From an uncultured bacterium (lineage in GTDB: Bacteria; Acidobacteriota; HRBIN11; JAKEFK01), in contig CAWINI010000003.1 in NCBI GenBank assembly GCA_963837395.1, positions 430,889-494,888 of the forward strand: DNA of 64,000 nt, given 5' to 3'. The position numbers and the translations under genes are program-made. The notes under the pieces were generated by a model. The model saw nothing but the letters and a program-made list of their open reading frames with translations, was not told the origin of the DNA and did not search any database. Shown piece by piece: positions 49,301 to 56,746 of the stretch. The stretch's first letter is position 1. The number at the start of each line of letters is the position of its first letter.

Positions 49301-50687
49301 AAAAAATATTTATCCTGATGAATTAGAAGATCTGTACCGCGATTCACCTTACGTTAAGGAAATGAGCATTGTTGGTTTGCCTGATCAAAATGGAGAGCGG
49401 ATCGCGTGTCTTGTTGTTCCTGATCATGAACATGATGAATCGCTTTCCCATGATCAGGTTCGCAGGAAAATTGAAGAACACTTCCGAAAGATTGCAGCCG
49501 GACTCCCGGTTTGGAAACGCGTAACAACTCTGGAATTTCAGGATGATGATTTGCCCAAAACCGGAACACGAAAAGTAAAACGGCGTGAAGTGATTTCGAT
49601 ACTGCAAGAACTTCATCGAAAAATTCCTGCCGCACCATTGGAACTTCCGGCATCTTCAGAATTTCAGGCACTCACCGAAATCATTAGTTCTGTTTGCGGT
49701 AAACCAATTTCCGAAATTCACCGAGATACAACATTCGATGAACTGGGATTTGATAGCTTGATGTACACCGAACTCGGTGCAGCTATTGAACATTCAGGCC
49801 GAACACTGCCATCGTTCGAAGCATTAAGTTCGATCACAACGGTCAGACATCTCGCTGATTTCTTGCACGTCTCTTCCAGAACTCATACGGTGGAAAAATC
49901 TACGACACCTGATGAAATTGAAGCGGAAAAGGAAGCTTCATTGCCTTCGTCATTAGGAGACCTTGGCGGAGCTGCCCTGGATTACATGAACGATGTCTTT
50001 TATGACTCCTACATGAAAGCTGAAATCATCGGAAATCAAAATGTACCGGTCCATACCAATTTTATTGTTGCGCCAAATCATAGCTCTCATCTTGATACAG
50101 GATTGGTAAAGAAAGCGCTGGGCGATGCAGGCCAAAATCTCGCGGCGCTTGCTGCAAAAGATTATTTCTTCAACAACAAACTGAAACGAACCTTCTTCGA
50201 AAATTTTACGAATCTGGTTCCGATGGAACGCGAAGGTTCAATTCATGAATCTTTAAAACTCGCAGTTCAAACTTTGCAGAAAGGATTTAATCTTTTGATC
50301 TTCCCTGAAGGCACACGATCGAAGACCGGACAAATATCGGAATTCAAATCCAGTTTGGGTTACCTGGCACTTCGAGCTAAGCGAGGAATTCTACCAATTC
50401 ATCTGAGTGGAACTTTTGATGCGATGCCGAAAGGTACAAAGTTTCCGAAAAAGAAAAAGGTAAAAGCGGTGATTGGTCCATTCCTTTCGTATGAATCGCT
50501 GGAGAAATTGGTTGAAGGCTTACCTCGCAATGATGCGAACCGGTTAATAACTTTGCTGGTCGAACAAATGGTGCGCAAGTTGAAAAATGGTCAAATTCAA
50601 ATGCCTGATTTGAAAGCGGTGCGGCAACAATGGGATCACGAAAACCAGCCCAAGCTTCATGAAAACGCATCCGCATTAGGCGATTAG
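46308..50687 (+). CDS. Four-domain lipid-biosynthesis megaenzyme: fatty-acyl reductase (NAD_binding_4), long-chain acyl-AMP/CoA ligase, acyl carrier protein, and 1-acylglycerol-3-phosphate acyltransferase (ElbD-like).
   Basis: 'FFVGGTGFLGK...YTYTK' (reductase). 'TSGTTGHPKGVMLT' and 'GYGLTES' (AMP-binding). 'LGFDSLMYTE' (PP-binding Ser). 'NHSSHLDTG' and 'FPEGTRS' (AGPAT HX4D). Confidence 0.85.
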   Translation: MRISPSWIFRGRNIFFVGGTGFLGKVTLSTLLERFPDIGKIYLMVRAGSGDDSEERFWNNVFTSPAFDPIRERYGDQVKSYLSEKLIIVGGDITHDNLGYTEEQAQKIASDIDLVLNSSGNVSFNPPLETAMKTNVTGTKNLLAFVKRMKRPAFVHTSTCFVAGNRKGQIWEDDPVIGYFPRRDELTEVTFSVEQELKDSERLTRNIVEEAEDATLNAEFRSTARKRLIEEGRDPDEGNTLNLAAARERKDWIRNKMSDLGLQRAQWWGWPNIYTYTKSMAEQLIAAETGIARAIVRPAIVESSVSYPFPGWNEGFNTTAPLILFALNGQSIYPLNQNVILDIIPVDYVASAMLSVAAQTIVEQPRLVYQLCSGDSNPIKLRRIVTLLGLYKRSYFQDKKTGNRFLNAIAARMEASAVEDAPFRKIVPRLRDAVEEISKSLAKTKSYGVLSGIKGQLKKGADHAEAFLHEGLEAYEQFRPFTVLNDYHFRADNVRALFERMPDEDRQILTWAPETLDWYHYWLKIHFPGLNRWVFPKMEEIGKPKPKRVYTYRTLVELFDSVTKLHADRIGMRIERDGKLEEYTYADLRELILHCAAFLRGHSIGADDHVALIAENSPEWGISYFGIIRAGATSIPMDKDLTTDEIVNLIRAGNAKAIIVSNKIRRKHSKLEKKLQDLNLKVHLWTFDDVFALGDEQTEKEQIAQLPKARPGAIASLIFTSGTTGHPKGVMLTQKNLTSMMSQLLKVYDVTKEDGFLSILPLHHTFEFSTGFLLPFSRGSQITYLQELTGDSISDAFKTSHVTMMVGVPALWDLLRRRILNKFGDKSKKLEGFVKSLISVNRWIREKTSLNVGPFLFFPVHHGLGGRIRYLISGGSSLSEKTYDTFYGLGFSLNEGYGLTESSPVLTVTRPGAKPKIGSVGEALPGVEIRILNANEKGVGEVIARGPNIMSGYYENKEATETTIIDGWLHTGDLGYVDEDGNLFLVGRSKDLILGPSGKNIYPDELEDLYRDSPYVKEMSIVGLPDQNGERIACLVVPDHEHDESLSHDQVRRKIEEHFRKIAAGLPVWKRVTTLEFQDDDLPKTGTRKVKRREVISILQELHRKIPAAPLELPASSEFQALTEIISSVCGKPISEIHRDTTFDELGFDSLMYTELGAAIEHSGRTLPSFEALSSITTVRHLADFLHVSSRTHTVEKSTTPDEIEAEKEASLPSSLGDLGGAALDYMNDVFYDSYMKAEIIGNQNVPVHTNFIVAPNHSSHLDTGLVKKALGDAGQNLAALAAKDYFFNNKLKRTFFENFTNLVPMEREGSIHESLKLAVQTLQKGFNLLIFPEGTRSKTGQISEFKSSLGYLALRAKRGILPIHLSGTFDAMPKGTKFPKKKKVKAVIGPFLSYESLEKLVEGLPRNDANRLITLLVEQMVRKLKNGQIQMPDLKAVRQQWDHENQPKLHENASALGD

Positions 50688-51701
50688 ATGCAACCGCAGA
50701 AACGCAAAGTTTTGGTGACCGGCGGGACCGGTTTTCTGGGCAAACATTTACTCGATTATCTAAAGCTCAAAAAAGAAAAGAATGTCAGGGTGCTGACAAC
50801 ATCTGCGCCTTCGTGGTTAGAAGATAGTGGATTTGAAATCATAGAAGGTTCGATCACCTCGCCGGATATCGTAAAAGTTGCAGTCGAAAACGTTCAGCAA
50901 ATTTATCACCTCGCGGGCAAAGTTTCGCGCACGAAAGAAGATCCGCGCGACATGCATGCAAGCCATGTTGATGGAACGCGTTTACTTTGTGAAGCGGCGA
51001 AAGCAGCAGGAGTTCAGCGCATGGTATTAGCTTCCAGCAGCGGAACAATTGCAGTCACTGAAGATGGCTTTGAAATTCCCGATGAATCATGGCCCACACC
51101 GGTAGAAATCATCACAAAATTTCCATATTACTCCAGCAAGTGGTATCAAGAACGAACAGCAATTAAATCCTGTGGTGATGCGTTTGAGCTGATCATTTTG
51201 AATCCCAGCTTACTTCTCGGACCTGGAGATGAACGCTTGAGTTCGACTCAGGATGTTTTGAAATTCATCGCTGGTGATATTCCAGCGATTCCATCCGGTG
51301 GAATTAATTTTGTTGATGTCCGTGACGCCGCTGCAGCATTTCACACTGCGATGCAGCGCGGCAAACCAGGTGAGCGCTATTTATTGGGCGGACCGAATTG
51401 GACTCTGGATAAATTTTTCGGACACCTTGAGCGGATCACAAAAGTAAAAGCACCACGAATTAAAGTTCATAAAAAGCTGCACTCGGTCACATCGAAATTA
51501 ATTGAAGGTGTATTTGAAGGAATCGGAAAAGAGCCGCCAGTAGAGCCAGTCAGTATGGAGATGTCGCGTTACTTCTGGTATGTCGATTCTTCTAAAGCAA
51601 AACGGGAGCTTGGTTTTGTATCACGCGATCCGGGCGAAACGCTATTTGATACGGTGGAATATCTTCGCAAAAATTTCTTAGGCGCAGGCATCTTCAAGTA
51701 A
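50688..51701 (+). CDS. NAD-dependent epimerase/dehydratase (extended SDR).
   Basis: 'VLVTGGTGFLGKHL'. Its start abuts the stop of the ElbD-like gene (TAGATG). Confidence 0.8.
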   Translation: MQPQKRKVLVTGGTGFLGKHLLDYLKLKKEKNVRVLTTSAPSWLEDSGFEIIEGSITSPDIVKVAVENVQQIYHLAGKVSRTKEDPRDMHASHVDGTRLLCEAAKAAGVQRMVLASSSGTIAVTEDGFEIPDESWPTPVEIITKFPYYSSKWYQERTAIKSCGDAFELIILNPSLLLGPGDERLSSTQDVLKFIAGDIPAIPSGGINFVDVRDAAAAFHTAMQRGKPGERYLLGGPNWTLDKFFGHLERITKVKAPRIKVHKKLHSVTSKLIEGVFEGIGKEPPVEPVSMEMSRYFWYVDSSKAKRELGFVSRDPGETLFDTVEYLRKNFLGAGIFK

Positions 51702-51726
51702 AATTTACCGCAAAGGCGCAAAACAC

Positions 51727-52653
51727 TTAACTTCGTATTTGCAAAGCTTCTGGCAATAATTCGATCGTTGCTGGCAACCGGCCGGGCGCTTCACCATCAA
51801 CTTCAATCAACACAGGATCACTTCCATTCACCGGCGTCGCTTCAATGCGAGTGCCAAGAGTGAAACCAACTTTATCAATTTTCAAATGCGTTCCGGAATA
51901 AAGACGATACGACTTCGTTAGTTTTTCTACCATACTCAAATCGCCAATCATCACCACATCAAAATATCCGTCATTCAGTTTTGCATCAGGGGCAATCTTC
52001 ATTCCCCCGCCCCAATATTTCCCATTCGCAACGCAAACGGATGCAACCTTCATGCGCCGCTTTTCCTGCTGATCAATTTGCAGATACACATCGGAATTTG
52101 AATCAGCCAGTGTACTTCTTAAAGTAGCCGCAGCAAAAGTTAAACGTCCACCTAACAATTTCTTGGAAGATTCATTCGCCCGGATTGCAACACCGCCGCT
52201 CATCCCAAATGAAGCTGTATTCACAAAATAACGTATAGCTTCTTTGCCTTCGTTATCTAAAAAACGGATACGGCCTGCATCGACCCGCCGTAATGTTCCT
52301 TCACGCAATTGGCGAGCTGCTTTGCTTAAATCTTTAGGAAGATTCAGGCTGCGGCAAAAATCTCCGCCTGTTCCATGCGGCAAAATTCCAAGTTCCACCG
52401 ATTTTCCTGAGCACAATATTCCTGTTGATACTTCAGAAATTGTGCCATCCCCTCCCATTGCTACAATTAGTTTTCTTCCTTGGTTCGCTTCTTTTTCAGC
52501 AATGCGGATAGCATCACCTGAATCGCGGGTAAATTCAAAATCAAATGGGCCAAGATTGTTGTGAATTTGCAACGTGATCGATGCCCATTTTTTTTCGGTG
52601 AGACCACGCCCCGATTTCGGATTCACAATAATAAAAGGAAGATTGTCATTCAT
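51727..52653 (-). CDS. Diacylglycerol-kinase-family lipid kinase (YegS/BmrU-like).
   Basis: DAGK_cat 'IVAMGGDGTISEV'. Confidence 0.75.
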   Translation of the reverse strand: MNDNLPFIIVNPKSGRGLTEKKWASITLQIHNNLGPFDFEFTRDSGDAIRIAEKEANQGRKLIVAMGGDGTISEVSTGILCSGKSVELGILPHGTGGDFCRSLNLPKDLSKAARQLREGTLRRVDAGRIRFLDNEGKEAIRYFVNTASFGMSGGVAIRANESSKKLLGGRLTFAAATLRSTLADSNSDVYLQIDQQEKRRMKVASVCVANGKYWGGGMKIAPDAKLNDGYFDVVMIGDLSMVEKLTKSYRLYSGTHLKIDKVGFTLGTRIEATPVNGSDPVLIEVDGEAPGRLPATIELLPEALQIRS

Positions 52654-53398
52654 GAGATTTAACGACCAGTTTATCTAAAATCGAAACATATCGTGGATCA
52701 GATCTGATCGAATCGAACTCCGGAGAATATGGAAGATAAAGAAGGACATTTTTCTCTTGATATGCCTTTTCAAGTTCCTCAAAAAATCGATCCATTTGAT
52801 TGAGTCCCAAATATGCACGCGCAAAATTCAATGGTGCAACATATTCGGTGCGGCTTCGATCCTTCATTTGAGCAAGAAGTTCTTCCGCTTCATGTGTAGA
52901 TCCAAATTTCGCATAAGCCATTGCTAAATATGCAATGAAAAACGTGCCGCCTTGTGAAATATCAACAGCGCGTTTAAAAAAATTGATCGACTGCTCCGGC
53001 ATCTCTTTATTCATAAACGCCATGCCGGAAAACCAGATAGCTAACAAAAATTGCGGTTCAATTTCCAGTGCTTTGTTGAGTTCTTGAAGCGCTCTATCGT
53101 AGCGTCGATCACCGTAGTAATGCATTCCAGCAAAAGACGAATAGAGTGGATTCAATGGATCCAATTCTTGTGCCTTTTGGATCGCTTTCGCAGCCTCTTC
53201 ATGCCGGCCACCCCATGTCAAAAATCCGCTGTACCAGCAATATCCAAATGCAAATTGAGGATTCAATTCCAACGCTCTTTTCATTGCCTTCTCACCGCGA
53301 ATCCAATCAGCATCAAAATACAAAAGAGCAGCTCCCAATGATAAATGACCTTCAGGCAAAAGCGGATCGATCTGCAGCGCTTTTTCGGCAGCTTCCAT
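52646..53398 (-). CDS. TPR-repeat C-terminal region of the Ser/Thr kinase gene, after a frameshift.
   Basis: TPR units. The frame extends upstream as 'DPNYALAHAGIADAFSTLGF...' to about 53500. Confidence 0.6.
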   Translation of the reverse strand: MEAAEKALQIDPLLPEGHLSLGAALLYFDADWIRGEKAMKRALELNPQFAFGYCWYSGFLTWGGRHEEAAKAIQKAQELDPLNPLYSSFAGMHYYGDRRYDRALQELNKALEIEPQFLLAIWFSGMAFMNKEMPEQSINFFKRAVDISQGGTFFIAYLAMAYAKFGSTHEAEELLAQMKDRSRTEYVAPLNFARAYLGLNQMDRFFEELEKAYQEKNVLLYLPYSPEFDSIRSDPRYVSILDKLVVKSHE

Positions 53399-54981
53399 CG
53401 CTTTAGGATAAGCTTCCAGCGGTGGAATAAAGGTATAAAAACCCAGGGTTGAAAAAGCGTCCGCAATGCCAGCGTGAGCCAGCGCATAATTTGGTCCTTA
53501 TCGATTGCTTGTTGAAAATATTCAATCGATTTATTGAGTCCGGCATGTGTTCTGAATTTCCAAAAATGTCTGCCTTTCAAATAGAGGTTATATGCTTCGA
53601 TGTTATCTGTATAACGCCGCACTAATTTTGGGAAAAGTTGATCGAGCCGGTCATATGATTCACTGAGATCTTTTTCTAAGCCTTGATCGGCCGCACCCAC
53701 AAGTTTTAAATGCAAAGTTTGTACGATCGTGCGCGCCATTTCGTCCTGGATGAAAAAAATATCTTCCATGTCACGATCATATTTTTCAGACCACAGATGA
53801 TAACCATCCGCCGTATTAATCAATTCCGCGGTAATGCGAAGTCTATTTCCTGATTTACGGACACTTCCATCCAAGATTGTTTCTACGTTGAGCTGTCTTC
53901 CTATTTCGCGAATATCTGCTTGATGCTTCTTGTATTGAAACGCAGAAGTTCTGGATGCAACACGCAAATCTTGAATCTTCGTTAATGCCGTGATCAGCTC
54001 TTCAGCAAGTCCATCGCAAAAATACTCATGATCTTTTTGCGGACTCATATCTATGAACGGAAGTACTGCAATTGAATGAGCAAGGACATCTGATTTTGTT
54101 CTTATTTGCTCTTTGCTGCTTTGCAAAAATAGATTTGCCTCAATCATTCGTAACGCAAACGTCAAATCGCGCGCAGATTGAAAACGGTTAGATGGATTCT
54201 TTTCCAGGCAGTGCGCGAGTACATGAAGCAACTCGGCAGGAACCTTATTCTTCAGTTCATTGTAATCGGCTTCATCTCTTAAAATGGCGCTCATTAGATC
54301 AGCCGAAGATCCGCCGGTAAACGGCCTTTTGCCGGCTAACATTTCATATAAGAGAGCACCAAACGAAAAGATATCGGAACGCGCATCGACTTCCTGCGTA
54401 CGTACCTGTTCCGGCGACATATATGCAACCGTTCCCAGCAGTATTCCAGGGTCAGTATTTGGAGTGGTAGGAAGCTGAGAAGCGGTTTGATTCGGTTCGA
54501 CTTTGCGTAACTTAGCTAATCCGAAATCCAGAATTTTGATAATCCCATCGCGAGTTACAAAAATGTTTTCCGGTTTTAAATCACGATGAATGATTCCTCG
54601 TTCATGCGCAGCTGCCAGTCCTGAAGAAATCTGTACAGCATAATGTACTGCTGACCGTGCTGATAGTTGTTCATGCATCATCAATGAACGAAGAGTTTCG
54701 CCTACGAGCAATTCAACAATGATATAAGCGATTTGATCCTGAACTCCGAAATCATAAATCGCCAGAATATTCGGATGGCTTAATGCTCCTTGCGCCCGTG
54801 CTTCTTGTTCGAAGCGCCGCATCCGTTCTTCATCTTCAGCAAAATCAGATGGCAGAATTTTTACAGCGACGTCACGCAGCAAACGTGTATCAGTCGCACG
54901 AAAGACTTCACCCATCCCGCCGGCTCCGAGCTGCGCCAGGATTTCGTACGGACCAAGACGGTCACCAATCTGAATCTTCAT
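53281..54981 (-). CDS. Ser/Thr protein kinase (Hanks-type) with a regulatory domain. The last roughly 70 aa in the track are out-of-frame read-through.
   Basis: 'LGAGGMGEVFRA', 'VAVKIL', 'HRDLKPENI', 'DFGLA' and 'SPEQ'. Confidence 0.8.
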   Translation of the reverse strand: MKIQIGDRLGPYEILAQLGAGGMGEVFRATDTRLLRDVAVKILPSDFAEDEERMRRFEQEARAQGALSHPNILAIYDFGVQDQIAYIIVELLVGETLRSLMMHEQLSARSAVHYAVQISSGLAAAHERGIIHRDLKPENIFVTRDGIIKILDFGLAKLRKVEPNQTASQLPTTPNTDPGILLGTVAYMSPEQVRTQEVDARSDIFSFGALLYEMLAGKRPFTGGSSADLMSAILRDEADYNELKNKVPAELLHVLAHCLEKNPSNRFQSARDLTFALRMIEANLFLQSSKEQIRTKSDVLAHSIAVLPFIDMSPQKDHEYFCDGLAEELITALTKIQDLRVASRTSAFQYKKHQADIREIGRQLNVETILDGSVRKSGNRLRITAELINTADGYHLWSEKYDRDMEDIFFIQDEMARTIVQTLHLKLVGAADQGLEKDLSESYDRLDQLFPKLVRRYTDNIEAYNLYLKGRHFWKFRTHAGLNKSIEYFQQAIDKDQIMRWLTLALRTLFQPWVFIPLFHRWKLILKRWKLPKKRCRSIRFCLKVIYHWELLFCILMLIGFAVRRQ

Positions 54982-55553
54982 TGCATCGGCTCTAAATCAT
55001 AATAATGATCATTAAAAAAGTAATTGATCCGCTTGATTGCAAATTTTCCATGAATCCGTTTCCAAAAGCCGGGAGCATCGGAAGCCGAAACCTTGACGAA
55101 TTCGCCATGGGTATACATGCCATCACCAAAAATCACTTCATAGCTGTCCAGGAATTTCCAGCCTGCAGATTTTCGATTCGGGCCAATACCCACTTGCTTA
55201 TCGCCGACTTTGAACTCAACAGTTTTACCGGCATCCCATTCCTTATATAAAGAAAACGGCTCATCCTCTACGTATTCGTTCAAAGTCTCACAAAAGCATT
55301 TTGGATTTTTGGTTCCTTCCACTTCTTCAAAAGCGACGTTTGCTTGTTGATTTTTCTTTGGCAAAGCCGCAAGAGATGGAAGAATCACAACACCGAAATC
55401 GCCTTCCTTACTGGAAAAAAACCATTCGCCTGACGCTGCAAGATTCTTGCGGTAAACGGTTGTTCCTGATGCTTCGGCATATTGAATCTGAAAAGTCTCT
55501 TTTGAAGAAAAAGGGCGGTAAGCTATTTCCCTGGTTCGATTTCTCGCCAGCAC
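54978..55553 (-). CDS. Hypothetical protein, probably continuous with 55408..55866 (a secreted N-terminus) through a frameshift.
   Basis: Overlapping ORFs in different frames. Signal peptide on the upstream piece. Confidence 0.4.
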   Translation of the reverse strand: MLARNRTREIAYRPFSSKETFQIQYAEASGTTVYRKNLAASGEWFFSSKEGDFGVVILPSLAALPKKNQQANVAFEEVEGTKNPKCFCETLNEYVEDEPFSLYKEWDAGKTVEFKVGDKQVGIGPNRKSAGWKFLDSYEVIFGDGMYTHGEFVKVSASDAPGFWKRIHGKFAIKRINYFFNDHYYDLEPMQ

Positions 55554-55866
55554 GCAAATAACCTTCTGATACTGAAATAGATGTCTGGGTCTGTTTTAAA
55601 GGATCGTAAAGGTATTCATCAATATCTTTATCAAAATGGATGGCCCCATAAAGGGGTTGAATCAAAGAAATTGAATCTTCGCAAGGTTGATCAGGATCGA
55701 TTTCAAGCAGAACGATCGGCGCATCGGTTGAATTTACAATTTCAAATTTGAAATTTGAAAGGTGTCCGATGGTGGCAGATTCGACAGGCTTTATACTCAT
55801 TTGCAAATCTTCGGCTTCTGCGAATGCCGCAAGAATTACCACAAAAACACTAAGTAATCGGATCAT
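55408..55866 (-). CDS. Secreted hypothetical N-terminal fragment.
   Basis: 'LLSVFVVILAAFAEA' signal. Confidence 0.4.
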   Translation of the reverse strand: MIRLLSVFVVILAAFAEAEDLQMSIKPVESATIGHLSNFKFEIVNSTDAPIVLLEIDPDQPCEDSISLIQPLYGAIHFDKDIDEYLYDPLKQTQTSISVSEGYLRAGEKSNQGNSLPPFFFKRDFSDSICRSIRNNRLPQESCSVRRMVFFQ

Positions 55867-55918
55867 TGGAATTCATTGTACGCTGGAATCAATCCCGTCA
55901 TAAACCTATACTGAAATT

Positions 55919-56203
55919 GTGAAAATGTTGCGGATCGGTTTCGGAAATGCAGTAGTAGCCTCAAGGGTACGGAAGATTTTATCTCTGAAAACGCCAGCAG
56001 GACGCCGCTGGCAACAAGAAGCTGATGAAATCGGAAAATTGATCGATGCAACCGCGGGCAGACACACCCGTACGGTTTTAATTACCGATAGCGGTCATAT
56101 CATCTTGTCATCCCTGACATCGGAAATGTTAAAGGAACGCTGGAAAGTGTTGACAGAGGAAGCTGAAGAATCTTTTATTGACAAAGACGAGGGCGTCCAA
56201 TAA
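55919..56203 (+). CDS. RemA/DUF370-family protein.
   Basis: 'GFGNAV...LIDATAGRHTRTVLITDSGHIILS' matches the RemA core (GFGN, IDAT.GRRTR, DS.H). Confidence 0.7.
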   Translation: MKMLRIGFGNAVVASRVRKILSLKTPAGRRWQQEADEIGKLIDATAGRHTRTVLITDSGHIILSSLTSEMLKERWKVLTEEAEESFIDKDEGVQ

Positions 56204-56239
56204 CATTTCCAATCGTTGTGCCCGTCGATAAATCCAGAG

Positions 56240-56262
56240 TTGGGCTAACCAAGTGCATTTCC
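56240..56262 (+). other. Perfect 9-bp-stem hairpin tcccctcctt-ggat-aaggagggga.
   Basis: Read directly. It contains the SD-like AAGGAGG. Confidence 0.5.
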
Positions 56263-56307
56263 CCTCCTTGGATAAGGAGGGGATTAAGGGGTGGTTGAAT
56301 CTAAAAA

Positions 56308-56685
56308 ATGCATCAAGACAGAATCATCATAAAAGGACTTCACTGTTCGGTGCGGGTTGGTGTTCGCAAAGAGGAACAGGAAGTGCGCAGGAATTGTGAA
56401 ATTGATACTACTTTGTATTTTGATTTGTCCAATGCGGCTGAAAGCGATCACCTGGAAAAAACCATTAACTACAGCAAGGTAATCGACATTATTCTGGATC
56501 ATTCCAGAACGGTACAGTTTAAACTTTTGGAATCATTTGCATATTTCTTGTTTCAGGAAATCTTTAAAAACACCGCTGCAGAGCGTGTGCATTTGCGTGT
56601 GAAAAAGATGAATCCCCCAATTGAAGGACGCTTTCAATACGTTGGGGTGGAGTTGAGCCGGACCCGAAAGGACTTTGGTTTGTGA
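56308..56685 (+). CDS. folB: Dihydroneopterin aldolase.
   Basis: 'IIIKGLHCSVRVGVRKEEQ...' shows typical DHNA length and motifs. Confidence 0.8.
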   Translation: MHQDRIIIKGLHCSVRVGVRKEEQEVRRNCEIDTTLYFDLSNAAESDHLEKTINYSKVIDIILDHSRTVQFKLLESFAYFLFQEIFKNTAAERVHLRVKKMNPPIEGRFQYVGVELSRTRKDFGL

Positions 56686-56691
56686 ATTGTT

Positions 56692-56735
56692 CTGAGGCCG
56701 GCAGTCGCGCCCTGCCTCCGCAGCCGGCCTCGAAG
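56692..56735. repeat. GC-rich hairpin ctgaggccggc...gccggcctcgaag followed by GGTTATAAT and the ATG at 56747.
   Basis: Inverted repeat read directly. Confidence 0.6.
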
Positions 56736-56746
56736 GTTATAATACT

